This document shows positions 46,630 through 56,264 of a DNA stretch of 64,000 nt, one piece after another. The position numbers and the translations under genes were made by a program. The stretch covers positions 3,550 to 67,549 of the forward strand of contig DATBWB010000062.1 in assembly GCA_036514995.1 (NCBI GenBank). Reading direction: 5' to 3'. Source of the stretch: Candidatus Acidiferrales bacterium (lineage in GTDB: Bacteria; Acidobacteriota; Terriglobia; Acidiferrales; DATBWB01). The notes beneath the pieces were generated by a model. That model saw nothing but the letters and a program-made list of their open reading frames with translations. It searched no databases and was not told where the DNA came from. Each line of letters begins with the position of its first letter. Positions within the stretch are counted from its first letter, which is position 1.

Positions 46630-48384
46630 TTGGCCCGGCATGACATTGTGATCCGGATTGGCGGCGAATCAGGCGAAGGTGTTATTTCGACGGGAGAGCT
46701 ACTTACGCTGGCTGCGGCTCGTGCCGGCTTCTATGTGTACACCTTCCGAACCTATCCTGCGGAAATCAAGGGCGGTCACGCCATATATCAGCTTCGGTTG
46801 AGTGATCATAATCTCTATTCTCATGGAGACGATCTGGATCTCCTCCTGGCTTTCAACCAAGAAGGCTACGACAAGCACTACCTGGAGTTGCGCGAGGGGG
46901 GTATGGTGCTCTACGACACCGAAAGCGTGAAGGCAAGCGCCATACCCTTCGCAAAAGTGGGCCTGCCGCTAACCGAGATCGCCAAGAACCAGATCAAGAT
47001 GCCGCTGGCCAAGAACATGGTGGCGCTTGGGGCGCTGGGGCGACTCTTCTGGATTCCGAAAGACTACCTCGAAAAACTAGTGCGGGAAAAATTTGCAAAG
47101 AAGGGGCAGTCGGTCATTGACAAGAACGTCGATGCGGTGAAGGCAGGGTGCGACTACGTGGAGAAAAATTTTCCAGGTCTCGAATCGCTGCGCATTCCGG
47201 TGAAGCCATCGGACGAGCGAATAGTGATTTCCGGAAATGAAGCGGTCGGGTTGGGAGCGGTGGTTGCGGGGTGCCGGCACTATTTCGGCTATCCGATCAC
47301 GCCGGCGAGCGACATCATGGAGTATCTGGCCGGGGTGCTGCCGCAGTTGGGAGGGGTGGTGATCCAAGCGGAAGACGAAATTGCTTCGGTGGCGATGGCG
47401 ATCGGGGCGTCGTTTGCCGGGCACCGGGCGATGAGCGCCACGGCCGGGCCCGGACTTTCGTTGATGACGGAGCTGCTCGGTTTGGCGGGGATGGCGGAAA
47501 TTCCCCTGGTCATTGCGGACATCCAGCGAGCCGGTCCCTCCACCGGCATGCCCACGAAAACGGAGCAATCGGATCTCAACCTAGCGGTCTATGGAAATCA
47601 CGGCGAGGCGCCGCGGATTGTCATCGCACCCTACAATGTAGAAGACTGTTTCTACTCGACAGTGACCGCTTTCAATTTGGCCGAAAAGTACCAGATACCG
47701 GTGCTCTTGCTCTCCGACCAGTCGCTTTCCAACCGAACCGAGTCCATCCCGAAGCCCGACTTGAGCAAGGTCAGGGTTGTCGAGCGGGTCAAGTGGGCGG
47801 GCAACGGCGGCGAGCGCTACAAGCGGTATCAGTTGACGGAATCGGGCGTGTCGCCCATGGCCCATCCAGGCACCGCGGACGGGATCCACGTGGCCTGCGG
47901 GCTGGAGCATACCGAATCCGGCCGGCCCAACTACGACCCGGCGAATCATATGAACATGGTGGACAAACGCTTTCGCAAGCTGCGGGCAGCGTTGGCTGAT
48001 TTTCCGCCAGTCGAGATCTATGGAGATCGAGCGTCCGAACTGGGGATTATCAGTTGGGGTTCGACATTGGGGGCGGTTCGCGAAGCGACCGAGCGAGCGC
48101 TCGAAAAGGGCATCAAGATTTGCTCGTTCTATCCGCGAGTTCTCTATCCGCTTGGGGACGGATACCTGGACCGGACGCTAGAGAACGTCAAGACATTGAT
48201 TGTGCCAGAAGTAAACTCGCAGGGGCAATTTGCCACGCTGCTGCGCCGCGTCTATAGCGGCGCCATCGTCCGTCAGAATATCTACGGGGGACTGCCGTTC
48301 CGTCCACAAACGATCCTGGAAAAGATTGAGGAGGTTGCCGAAACATGCCAGAAACCGCAGTTATCGACTACAAGAGCGAGGTAA
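46630..48384 (+). CDS. korA: 2-oxoacid:ferredoxin oxidoreductase alpha subunit (2-oxoglutarate type likely)
   Basis: 584 aa with fused gamma/alpha domains. IRIGGESGEGV and GYPITPASDIMEYL motifs of two-subunit OFORs. Confidence 0.88.
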   Translation: MARHDIVIRIGGESGEGVISTGELLTLAAARAGFYVYTFRTYPAEIKGGHAIYQLRLSDHNLYSHGDDLDLLLAFNQEGYDKHYLELREGGMVLYDTESVKASAIPFAKVGLPLTEIAKNQIKMPLAKNMVALGALGRLFWIPKDYLEKLVREKFAKKGQSVIDKNVDAVKAGCDYVEKNFPGLESLRIPVKPSDERIVISGNEAVGLGAVVAGCRHYFGYPITPASDIMEYLAGVLPQLGGVVIQAEDEIASVAMAIGASFAGHRAMSATAGPGLSLMTELLGLAGMAEIPLVIADIQRAGPSTGMPTKTEQSDLNLAVYGNHGEAPRIVIAPYNVEDCFYSTVTAFNLAEKYQIPVLLLSDQSLSNRTESIPKPDLSKVRVVERVKWAGNGGERYKRYQLTESGVSPMAHPGTADGIHVACGLEHTESGRPNYDPANHMNMVDKRFRKLRAALADFPPVEIYGDRASELGIISWGSTLGAVREATERALEKGIKICSFYPRVLYPLGDGYLDRTLENVKTLIVPEVNSQGQFATLLRRVYSGAIVRQNIYGGLPFRPQTILEKIEEVAETCQKPQLSTTRAR

Positions 48385-49187
48385 AGCCGACGTGGTGCCC
48401 GGGCTGCGGCGATTTTGGGGTGCTACGGGCTGTTTATGAGGCATTTGAAGCCAAGGGTTACGAGACGAAGGATTTGGTGTTGGTTTCCGGCATCGGCTGT
48501 TCCAGCCGCATCCCGTATTTCGTAAACAGTTACGGCTTCCACGGCGTGCACGGGCGAGTGCTTCCCCTGGCGACAGGTATCAAGCTGGCCAACCCGCGAC
48601 TGCACGTTGTGGGAATGGGGGGCGACGGCGACGGGTTTTCGATTGGCGCGGGCCACATGCCGCACGCCATCCGCCGCAACCCGGACATCACCTACATCAT
48701 CATGGACAACAACATCTACGGGTTGACAAAAGGGCAGACTTCTCCGACCAGCGCGTTTCAGTTTGTGACGAAGTCCACGCCCTACGGAAACATCGAAGAC
48801 CCGATCAACCCGATGGCATTTGCCATTGTTTACGGCGCGACATTTGTGGCCAAGGGCTTTTCCGGGAAGGCGAGGGAACTGACCGAACTGTTCATCAAGG
48901 CAATCGATCACAAAGGGTTTTCTTTTGTGGATGTGCTGAGTCCGTGCCCGACGTTCAACAAGGTGGATACGTTCAAGTATTACGCGGAGCACCTTTCGCC
49001 CGTGCCAGCCGATCACGAGGTAAAAGACAGGGTGAAAGCGCTCGAGCTGGCCTACCGGACCGACCGACACTACGTCGGCGTCTATTACGAGGAAGACAAG
49101 CTGACCATGGAGGAGCGGGTGAAGGCGGTTCAGCAGAAGGTGCCGGCGAGCACCGGGCTCGAGGAACTGATGGCGCGTTTTGTCTGA
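48345..49187 (+). CDS. korB: 2-oxoacid:ferredoxin oxidoreductase beta subunit (TPP-binding)
   Basis: WCPGCGDFG and GGDGDG..IG TPP motif. The ATG overlaps the korA 3' end by 40 nt. Confidence 0.9.
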   Translation: MPETAVIDYKSEVKPTWCPGCGDFGVLRAVYEAFEAKGYETKDLVLVSGIGCSSRIPYFVNSYGFHGVHGRVLPLATGIKLANPRLHVVGMGGDGDGFSIGAGHMPHAIRRNPDITYIIMDNNIYGLTKGQTSPTSAFQFVTKSTPYGNIEDPINPMAFAIVYGATFVAKGFSGKARELTELFIKAIDHKGFSFVDVLSPCPTFNKVDTFKYYAEHLSPVPADHEVKDRVKALELAYRTDRHYVGVYYEEDKLTMEERVKAVQQKVPASTGLEELMARFV

Positions 49188-49275
49188 GCCCTTGTAGCGG
49201 GACGAACTTGCGACCCCCGCAAACGCCGGTCAGGAGACCGTCCGGCGACGGCAGATTGGCTTGTTAGATTGCCCC

Positions 49276-49302
49276 CACCCCGATAATTTCGGGGTGTTTT
49301 TG
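49276..49302 (+). terminator. Canonical intrinsic terminator after korB
   Basis: CACCCCGA (49276-83), loop TAATT, TCGGGGTG (49289-96), followed by TTTTTGT. Confidence 0.7.
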
Positions 49303-49308
49303 TATCGG

Positions 49309-49629
49309 ATGACGGAACCGTCGCTCTATCGGCCTTATGAGAAACTGGTAGAAATCCGTGTCCTCGGCAAGAAGTTCCGCGTGCCGGAGAACAACACGAT
49401 CCTGCGATGCCTTCAATACTTGAGCCCGGAGACGATTCCGTACGGGCGATTCTGCTGGAATCAGGAGTGCCAGACATGCCGCATCAACTACCGCCTGCCG
49501 GGGCAGGGGGAGATTTCGCTGGCGCTGTCCTGCAAGGTGCTGGTCGTTCCAGGGATGGAAATTACCGAGCTATCGGCGGAACTGATGTGGAATTTGGGGA
49601 GCGCGCTGAGCCTGAAACGCTCCGGATAA
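49309..49629 (+). CDS. Small 2Fe-2S (Fer2_4-like) ferredoxin-domain protein
   Basis: VEIRVLGKKFRVPENNTILRCL...GRFCWNQECQTCRI...LSCKVLVVPGMEITEL fits the C-x4-C-x2-C...C pattern of Fer2_4/NuoG-N/HcnA-like domains. The ATG at 49309 lies 7 nt after the terminator T-tract. Confidence 0.55.
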   Translation: MTEPSLYRPYEKLVEIRVLGKKFRVPENNTILRCLQYLSPETIPYGRFCWNQECQTCRINYRLPGQGEISLALSCKVLVVPGMEITELSAELMWNLGSALSLKRSG

Positions 49630-49658
49630 GCTCTGCGGTTGGCACAGCGAACCCGCGC

Positions 49659-50027
<369 letters not shown>

Positions 50028-50052
50028 GATCAGAAAAGACAAAGGAGTCTTG

Positions 50053-51039
50053 ATGTCCAGTCAAGTCGTACTGTGGGTTTTGTTCAATGTTTTCGTGCTT
50101 GCGATGCTGGCGTTGGATCTGGGAGTTTTCCATCGCAAAGCTCATGTGATCAAATTCAAAGAAGCCCTCGCGTGGTGTGCGGTTTGGATTACATTGGCGC
50201 TTTTGTTCAATCTGGGAGTTTACTTCTGGCGGGGCCCGGTGAGGGCGCTTGAATTCCTGACCGGTTATCTCATCGAATATTCTCTCAGCGTGGACAACAT
50301 CTTTGTCTTTTTGCTGATCTTCTCCTACTTCCGTGTGCCTTCGCTATACAGGCATAAGGTACTTTTCTGGGGGATTCTCGGCGCGCTGATCATGCGAGCG
50401 ATTTTCATCCTCGCGGGCGTGACGCTGATCCAGAAGTTTCATTGGATCATCTATGTTTTCGGGGCATTCCTGGTTTTTACGGGCATCAAGATGGCGTTGC
50501 AGAAGGAAACAGAAATCCACCCGGAAAGGAACCCGGTGCTGAAACTCTTCCGGAGGTTCATGCCTGTTACGGACCGCTATGAAGAGGGCAAGTTCTTCGC
50601 ACAGAGAAGCGGGAAGTACCTTGCCACGCCGTTGTTCGTCGTGCTGCTGGTGGTTGAAACGACGGATGTGGTCTTTGCAGTCGATTCGATTCCGGCCGTC
50701 CTTGCCATCACGCTCGATCCGTTTATTGTGTACACCTCGAATGTGTTCGCTATTTTGGGATTGCGGTCGCTCTATTTTGCATTGGCCGGGATTATGGAGC
50801 TGTTTCGCTATCTCCATTACGGGCTTTCTGCCATCCTCGTCTTTGTGGGGACGAAAATGCTCCTTGCCGACATCTACAAGATTCCCATTAGCATTGCCCT
50901 AGGTGTGGTGGCGAGCATCCTGCTTATCTCCGTGATAGGCTCCGTTGTACGACCGCGCAAGGTCGAGATCTTCCCACCGGAAGCTAATCCTCCAGGAATG
51001 AGAAGTGAGCCGAAGCGCGCTCATCGGGGTGAGGGTTAA
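50053..51039 (+). CDS. TerC/Alx family integral membrane protein
   Basis: LDLGVFHRKAHVI, EYSLSVDNIFVF and AVDSIPAVLAIT motifs of the TerC family. AAAGGAG Shine-Dalgarno upstream; TTG at 50050 or ATG at 50053. Confidence 0.88.
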   Translation: MSSQVVLWVLFNVFVLAMLALDLGVFHRKAHVIKFKEALAWCAVWITLALLFNLGVYFWRGPVRALEFLTGYLIEYSLSVDNIFVFLLIFSYFRVPSLYRHKVLFWGILGALIMRAIFILAGVTLIQKFHWIIYVFGAFLVFTGIKMALQKETEIHPERNPVLKLFRRFMPVTDRYEEGKFFAQRSGKYLATPLFVVLLVVETTDVVFAVDSIPAVLAITLDPFIVYTSNVFAILGLRSLYFALAGIMELFRYLHYGLSAILVFVGTKMLLADIYKIPISIALGVVASILLISVIGSVVRPRKVEIFPPEANPPGMRSEPKRAHRGEG

Positions 51040-51251
51040 CCATGGGCCGGCCGTTATGGCCAAAATGTGCTTTGCCGATTTCTTTTAGCGGCCGCCCGAT
51101 GAGTCGAACTTCTATGGAACCACTCTAGAAAATCTTTTCAGCATATGAAGGTCCTAGCTTCCTGCTGCTTTTGGGACGGTGGGAGCGACTTCAGGAACCA
51201 TTCTTCTATCGGTTTCTGCCCAAACATGGGTTAACGATCCGACTCACTGTG

Positions 51252-51653
51252 TTACTCGACGATCACGGCATCCGCTTCAATCTCGACCAGGATCTCAGGA
51301 GCGATCAAGCGGCTCACTTCCACCATGCTGGTGGCCGGGTGAATTTCGCGGAAGAACTCGCCGTGCGCCCGGCCGATTTTTTTCCAATCATCAATATTCG
51401 TGACGTAGATACGCGTGCGAACCACGTCCTTCAGGGTGGCGCCGGCTGCGTGCAGTGCCGCTTCAATGTTTCGCAGGGCCTGTACGGCTTGTGCGTAAGG
51501 ATCGCCGTGGCCTACGATCTTCCCGGTTTGGTCGGTGGCAGTGGTTCCAGAGACGAAAACAAAGGATCCGACACGGACGGCCCGCGAGTAACCCACGATG
51601 GGTTCCCAGGGTGTTCCGGTAGCGATCTTCATTCTGGGCATCTTGAATATCAC
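51252..51653 (-). CDS. RidA/YjgF family reactive-intermediate deaminase-like protein
   Basis: [29 protein letters not shown] and TRIYV motifs. The start may be an internal ATG (51641 or 51632). Confidence 0.85.
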   Translation of the reverse strand: MIFKMPRMKIATGTPWEPIVGYSRAVRVGSFVFVSGTTATDQTGKIVGHGDPYAQAVQALRNIEAALHAAGATLKDVVRTRIYVTNIDDWKKIGRAHGEFFREIHPATSMVEVSRLIAPEILVEIEADAVIVE

Positions 51654-51765
51654 CTCAGCAGCGTCCGGCCGCAGGTGAGTTATAAGCGCTTTTCTCGCCC
51701 TTTGACATAGGGAATGCGAGCATTCTCAACGTTCTTGGCCTCTAGCACAAGCGGCTGGGACCGTC

Positions 51766-54165
51766 CTAGCGGGCAGCCGGCAAGAGCTGCAACCGCCGGG
51801 TGGTCTCGCGCTCCAAGCTGGGGTTGCTGAACGGCCAGCGCTGCGGCAGGCCTTGGGCCCAACCTGAATATTGGTCCGCATAGTGAGGGCTGTAGATCTG
51901 ACCCGATTCGCCGACCGTAAGGTTCAGCAAGGAACGGTCGAGGTTGGAAAGATCGGCGACAAAGCGCATCGCGGGACCAAACATCGGCCCGGTCGCGCGG
52001 ACGGAGTAGCCCATCCCCGCCTGCGAGCCTGCTGGCGCGCGAAAAACCCTGCCGATGATCGGCAGCAAAACCAAGGGATGCTGGCGGCGCAAACGATTGA
52101 ACGGGCCCCACTGCCAGGACTTCAATTCGGTCGAGCGAGTCTGTTGCTCGATCGACCAGAAGGCTTCCTTGAGGCTTTCGAGAAGGAGTTGGTCGTAGTC
52201 TTTGAATCCCGGTGGGAGCCACCGAGCCGGCCGTTTGTGAAGTACGTTCTCCACGAAGACAGGCGAGCGAAACCAGCGATACTCGGGCCAGTCCGCGCCT
52301 GCCTTTGCTTCGAGCAATTTCGTGAGGAAACGGCGGCGAGCCTGGTCCGTCAGGGTCGGCGCAATCGAATCAAGGGTGGCGCGGCCGTCCCAGCCATCGA
52401 GCGCCTGAATCGCCTGCTGGATGCGGGCATCGGTTGGGGGATGAACTTTGGCGGTGGCGACGAGTTGGCCGGCAAACCATCGGTGGAAGTAGCTGAAACT
52501 GTCTGTCTGGAGAGCGAGCAGATCTTCCGGGGCGGCGCGCTTGTCAAGCTGATTGATTTGGTCGTAGATGCGAGCCGTGCGATAGGGCGCTTCCCAGCGA
52601 TCGGTGACGTAGAACGGATAGCCGGCAGGCGTAATCCTGGCATTCGCGGTGGCAATCACACCGCCCGGGGGATTAAAAGCCTGGGGGAGCTCATCGAAGG
52701 GAATGGTTCCGATCCATTCGCCGGCATCTGTCGAGGCCGAGACAGGCATGGCGCCGTCGCCGCTACGACGGAGTGGAATGCGTCCGGCGGCGTGATAGCC
52801 GATATTGCCCTGGTCATCGGCATAGACAAAATTCTGCGATGGAGAGGTCCAATCCCGCAGCGCTTCCAGAAATTGCTGCCAGTTTGCCGCCTGATTGATT
52901 GAGAGGAGGTGATTGCTGAGCGCGCCGGGATCGTAGAGCGTCCAGCGAAGCGCCAGCATGCGGTTGCCGTCTTTTCTTATGCCTGGCCCGTGATGCGTAG
53001 CGAGAACGTCAAACGAGACATCCGGTTTGCCTTTGACCTTGATGAGTTCGCGATAGCGGGTGGCTTGCTTCCATCCGCCCCGCGGGGCGGTGCGGTAGTA
53101 GTCCGGCCGCTCGGGATCAAATTCCTCGACAAAAAGGTCCTGGACGTCAGCGCCGACATTGGTTACACCCCAGGCAATATGTTCATTGTGGCCGAGAACG
53201 ACCCAAGGAATTCCGGGCAGGGCGAAGCCGCGAACGTTCAGCTCCGGACTCTTCAAGTGAACGAGATACCAAGTGTCGGGAACGGTAAGCTCGAGATGGG
53301 TGTCATTGGCGAGGAGCGGCTTGCCGGAATAGGTACGGGCGCCTGAAATGACCCAATTGTTGCTGCCGTTTAACGCTTCCGACAGGCCAACCTGGAAATC
53401 TGTGACGGATTGCCAAAGTTCGTACGGGGCGGCCCAGGAGCGGCGGGCTCCGGCAGGCCTAGCCTTGCGCGCCGGCCGGGCCACGACGGGACCTTCGCCC
53501 GCTGGGTGGTCAAGACGGGAATCGACCACGTACAGGTCACGGGCCAGCTCGGGACCGATCCTAGCGGTCAGCTTTTCGCGGGCCAGCTCCGACTGCCAAC
53601 TGCTGGTCAACGCCTCAAACATGTTGCAGACGACGAGGAAGGTATCTGCCGGAGTCCACGGCCTAGGTTGGTAGCGAAGAAAAATGAACTCGATGGGCAG
53701 CCTATCGTGGTGTGAGGCGATGAAGGCGTTCACGCCGGCGGAGAATTGCTCCAGGCTGAGGGCGGCTCCCATGGGCAATTCCCTGAGAGCTTTTTGAGCG
53801 ACGTGGCGGTAGAGATAGGTGCGACTCTCCTTGTCACGTTCGAGGGCTCGTTCCCCGAAGATTTCAGCGAGTTCGCCGGCCGCTACGCGGCGCGAGAGGT
53901 CCATCTGCCAAAGGCGATCCTGCGCCATGACGTAGCCCTGGGCGAAAAGGAGATCTTGGAGGTTGGCGGCTTGAATGTGAGGGACGCCGAGGCGGTCGCG
54001 GGTGATGGTAACGGGGTTGTTCAGGCCGGGAAGGGCGAGCGTGCCGGTCGTTTGCGGCAGGGCTGCCATAGCCAGGTACCAGAAAATAGCGTAAGCGATT
54101 CCAGCAAGACCTCCCAAAAGGACGATGATAGCAACGAGCATCCGAAGAGCGGCGCGCTTCGTCAT
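51766..54165 (-). CDS. Penicillin acylase family protein (S45 Ntn-hydrolase; possible acyl-homoserine-lactone/beta-lactam acylase), membrane-anchored
   Basis: Autoprocessing/nucleophile motif GSNNWVISG, followed by PLLANDTHL. N-terminal anchor AALRMLVAIIVLLGGLAGIAYAIFWYL after the ATG at 54165. Confidence 0.88.
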   Translation of the reverse strand: MTKRAALRMLVAIIVLLGGLAGIAYAIFWYLAMAALPQTTGTLALPGLNNPVTITRDRLGVPHIQAANLQDLLFAQGYVMAQDRLWQMDLSRRVAAGELAEIFGERALERDKESRTYLYRHVAQKALRELPMGAALSLEQFSAGVNAFIASHHDRLPIEFIFLRYQPRPWTPADTFLVVCNMFEALTSSWQSELAREKLTARIGPELARDLYVVDSRLDHPAGEGPVVARPARKARPAGARRSWAAPYELWQSVTDFQVGLSEALNGSNNWVISGARTYSGKPLLANDTHLELTVPDTWYLVHLKSPELNVRGFALPGIPWVVLGHNEHIAWGVTNVGADVQDLFVEEFDPERPDYYRTAPRGGWKQATRYRELIKVKGKPDVSFDVLATHHGPGIRKDGNRMLALRWTLYDPGALSNHLLSINQAANWQQFLEALRDWTSPSQNFVYADDQGNIGYHAAGRIPLRRSGDGAMPVSASTDAGEWIGTIPFDELPQAFNPPGGVIATANARITPAGYPFYVTDRWEAPYRTARIYDQINQLDKRAAPEDLLALQTDSFSYFHRWFAGQLVATAKVHPPTDARIQQAIQALDGWDGRATLDSIAPTLTDQARRRFLTKLLEAKAGADWPEYRWFRSPVFVENVLHKRPARWLPPGFKDYDQLLLESLKEAFWSIEQQTRSTELKSWQWGPFNRLRRQHPLVLLPIIGRVFRAPAGSQAGMGYSVRATGPMFGPAMRFVADLSNLDRSLLNLTVGESGQIYSPHYADQYSGWAQGLPQRWPFSNPSLERETTRRLQLLPAAR

Positions 54166-54368
54166 AGTTCCTCGCTCGATGAGATGGGAAGCGGGCTGGA
54201 GAGCACAATCGGTTTGGCTGGCCCTGTACCATAAGGTGCAGGGCTGGCTTTCAGGGCAGGGGAATGGTAGCGCAGAAGGGATGGGCAAAGCAATTGGCGG
54301 AAGCGCTGGGGATTGGTCAGTACCCGAACAAGGATCCGTAGAGGCAAGCTTCAGCTTGCCCTGATCTT

Positions 54369-54456
54369 GGGGCGGTCTAAAGACCGGCCCCTACACAAGC
54401 GGACGAAGAGAAGCTCGCGGCAAAAACAGATTCCTCGCTTCGCTCGGAGTGAAAAG
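54369..54456 (+). repeat. Composite intergenic repeat: GC hairpin plus a CTCGCTTCGCTCGGAGTGA motif
   Basis: GGGGCGGTCTAAAGACCGGCCCC imperfect hairpin (54369-54391) and GATTCCTCGCTTCGCTCGGAGTGAAAAG (54428-54456), related to the three copies at 36963-37207. Confidence 0.6.
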
Positions 54457-54497
54457 ACAATGCCTGCGGCATCGAACAAGAAAGGGAACAGATGGGG

Positions 54498-54776
54498 CTA
54501 GGTGACGTGAGCGTAGGCGGCGGCAGTTTCAGCGTCCCAGACGGCGAGGAGGATCACGCGACGTCCGCCAGGCAAGAGGTCCACGTAGTAGCACTTGCCC
54601 TGCCAGGAGATTTCGTAGAAGCGCGGGCGCTTGGGGTCGGGGCAAGCTTGGGCGCCTTCGTGGAGAGCCCGTTCGAGCGAAGCGACTTGCTCGGTTGGCA
54701 GATTGCGGAGATTTTCGATTTCAATGCGGTCGCGGAACTGGATGGTCATGAACGCACCCAACTTTTTGCCAAACAC
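54498..54776 (-). CDS. Small hypothetical protein (83-92 aa) tightly following the adaptor gene
   Basis: The ORF starts 7 nt (ATG at 54776) or 34 nt (ATG at 54749) after the adaptor stop. Globular composition (FYEISWQGKCYYVDLLPGGRRVILLAVW). No motif recognised. Confidence 0.5.
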   Translation of the reverse strand: MFGKKLGAFMTIQFRDRIEIENLRNLPTEQVASLERALHEGAQACPDPKRPRFYEISWQGKCYYVDLLPGGRRVILLAVWDAETAAAYAHVT

Positions 54777-54782
54777 AAGAAC

Positions 54783-55979
54783 CTATTGCAGGACGACCTG
54801 CTGGCCTTCCTTCAAGCCGGAAAGAACTTCGGCGCGAGCGCCGTTGCTGATGCCGATGGCGACTGCCAGCTTGCGCTTGCCGTTTTTCAGGCTTGGTTCG
54901 GGAACTTCGACCGAAGTTTTCCGGTCCTTGTCGTAGATCACTGCTCCCTCGGGAATCGTCAAAACAGCCTTGTGCTCTTCCAGGATGATCTCGGCGTTGG
55001 CGGTCATCATGGTTTTGAGTTCACCGTCGAGATTCTGAATCGAGCAGCGAACCTCGAAGGTTGTCACGTTGTCTTTCTCGATGCCCATGGGCGAAATCCT
55101 GGTGACTTTTCCGGAGTACTTCTTATCTTTGAAGGATTCGAGCGTGATACGGGCAGGTTGGCCGAGGTAGATTTTTGCGACATCCACCTCGTCCACCTTG
55201 CCCTTAACGTACACCTCGCGGACATCGCCGAGGGTCATCATCAGGGTTGCGGCCGAGCCAAGCACCAGGATGGAACTCACCGCATCGCCTACTTCCACAT
55301 CGCGGGAGAGGAGAACGCCAACAATGGGGGCGACAATGGTTGATTTGCGGAGGTCCTCGTCGGCGCGCTCGAGAGTTGCCCGCGCCTGGGCAACCAGCGC
55401 GGCGGCCTTCTGAATTTCCGCTCTGTTGACGGAGAGATTGGTGATGGCTGATTGCTGCTTGTTGCGGGCGAGCTGGTAGTTCTTTTCGGCGTCATCGAGG
55501 CTTTGCAGCGGGATCAAGCCGTCGGTGAAAAGCTTGCGCGAGCGGTCGAGATGTTTTTGCAGGAAGGGCACGTCAGGCCCCTCGGCATCTACCTTATTGC
55601 GTTCGTAGGTAGCCTGGGCGGCGGCGAGGTTCGCCTCGGCGGCTTCCAAATTGGCTTTGGCCTCGCGCACCTGGGCAACAAGGATTTCCTTGTCCAGTTC
55701 GGCGAGGACCTGTCCGCTGCGGACGGAGTCGCCCACGTTGACGTAAAGGGTTTTTACAATTCCGCTGGCCTTGGACTTGATCTGCACCTTGGACAGGGGC
55801 TCGATCTTTCCGGTGGCGACGACGGAGCGGGCAACATCGCCACGCTCGACCGTAGCCAGTTTCGACGGGTCGATTTTGGTTGAGTTGCGGAGGAGAGCTG
55901 AAGCGGCCAGGCTGGCAACAGCCGCAAAGACGACGAGCCCGATCAGCACCCCTCTCCGTTTGCGCTTCGGCTTTGCCAT
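54783..55979 (-). CDS. Efflux transporter periplasmic adaptor subunit (HlyD/MacA-like membrane fusion protein)
   Basis: N-terminal anchor, lipoyl-like half GIVKTLYVNVGDSVRSGQVLAELD, a long coiled coil and beta-barrel/MPD domains. Start taken at the ATG at 55979. Confidence 0.85.
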   Translation of the reverse strand: MAKPKRKRRGVLIGLVVFAAVASLAASALLRNSTKIDPSKLATVERGDVARSVVATGKIEPLSKVQIKSKASGIVKTLYVNVGDSVRSGQVLAELDKEILVAQVREAKANLEAAEANLAAAQATYERNKVDAEGPDVPFLQKHLDRSRKLFTDGLIPLQSLDDAEKNYQLARNKQQSAITNLSVNRAEIQKAAALVAQARATLERADEDLRKSTIVAPIVGVLLSRDVEVGDAVSSILVLGSAATLMMTLGDVREVYVKGKVDEVDVAKIYLGQPARITLESFKDKKYSGKVTRISPMGIEKDNVTTFEVRCSIQNLDGELKTMMTANAEIILEEHKAVLTIPEGAVIYDKDRKTSVEVPEPSLKNGKRKLAVAIGISNGARAEVLSGLKEGQQVVLQ

Positions 55980-56264
55980 CTTGCTGTCTCCCGTGCTATC
56001 CAATAGCTATTACGGATAAGGATGACGTCAGGTTCCCCACCGGAGGCAACATTTTCGCCGCGGACAGCCGTGCTGGCTGCTCCTGATGCCAGGATATGGG
56101 CTTTGCTGGGTGTTATCGAGCCGATGCATCCGCCCACGGCCACCGAGGAGCATCTTGAGTACGGCTACCTGAACCTCCCAAAGCCGACCAAAACGTTAGA
56201 CGTGTGGCTTTTGTAGCGGTGAGCAAGGCGAGGGGCTAGCTCACCGCAATGTGGTAGAATTCGC

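Noticed and set aside
46414-46641. 75-aa minus-strand ORF in the accA-korA spacer
   Set aside because: It has no Shine-Dalgarno sequence or motif, it overlaps the korA start and its predicted promoter, and it has low-complexity Pro/Ser/Arg composition.
56215-56260. 9-bp-stem hairpin GCGGTGAGC...GCTCACCGC followed by an extended -10-like TGGTAGAAT just before the CNNM gene
   Set aside because: The -10-like box ends only 4 nt before the GTG at 56265 and there is no -35 element. It could be a promoter if the true start is the GTG at 56280 (GGGAG lies 8 nt upstream), but the evidence is too thin for a feature call.
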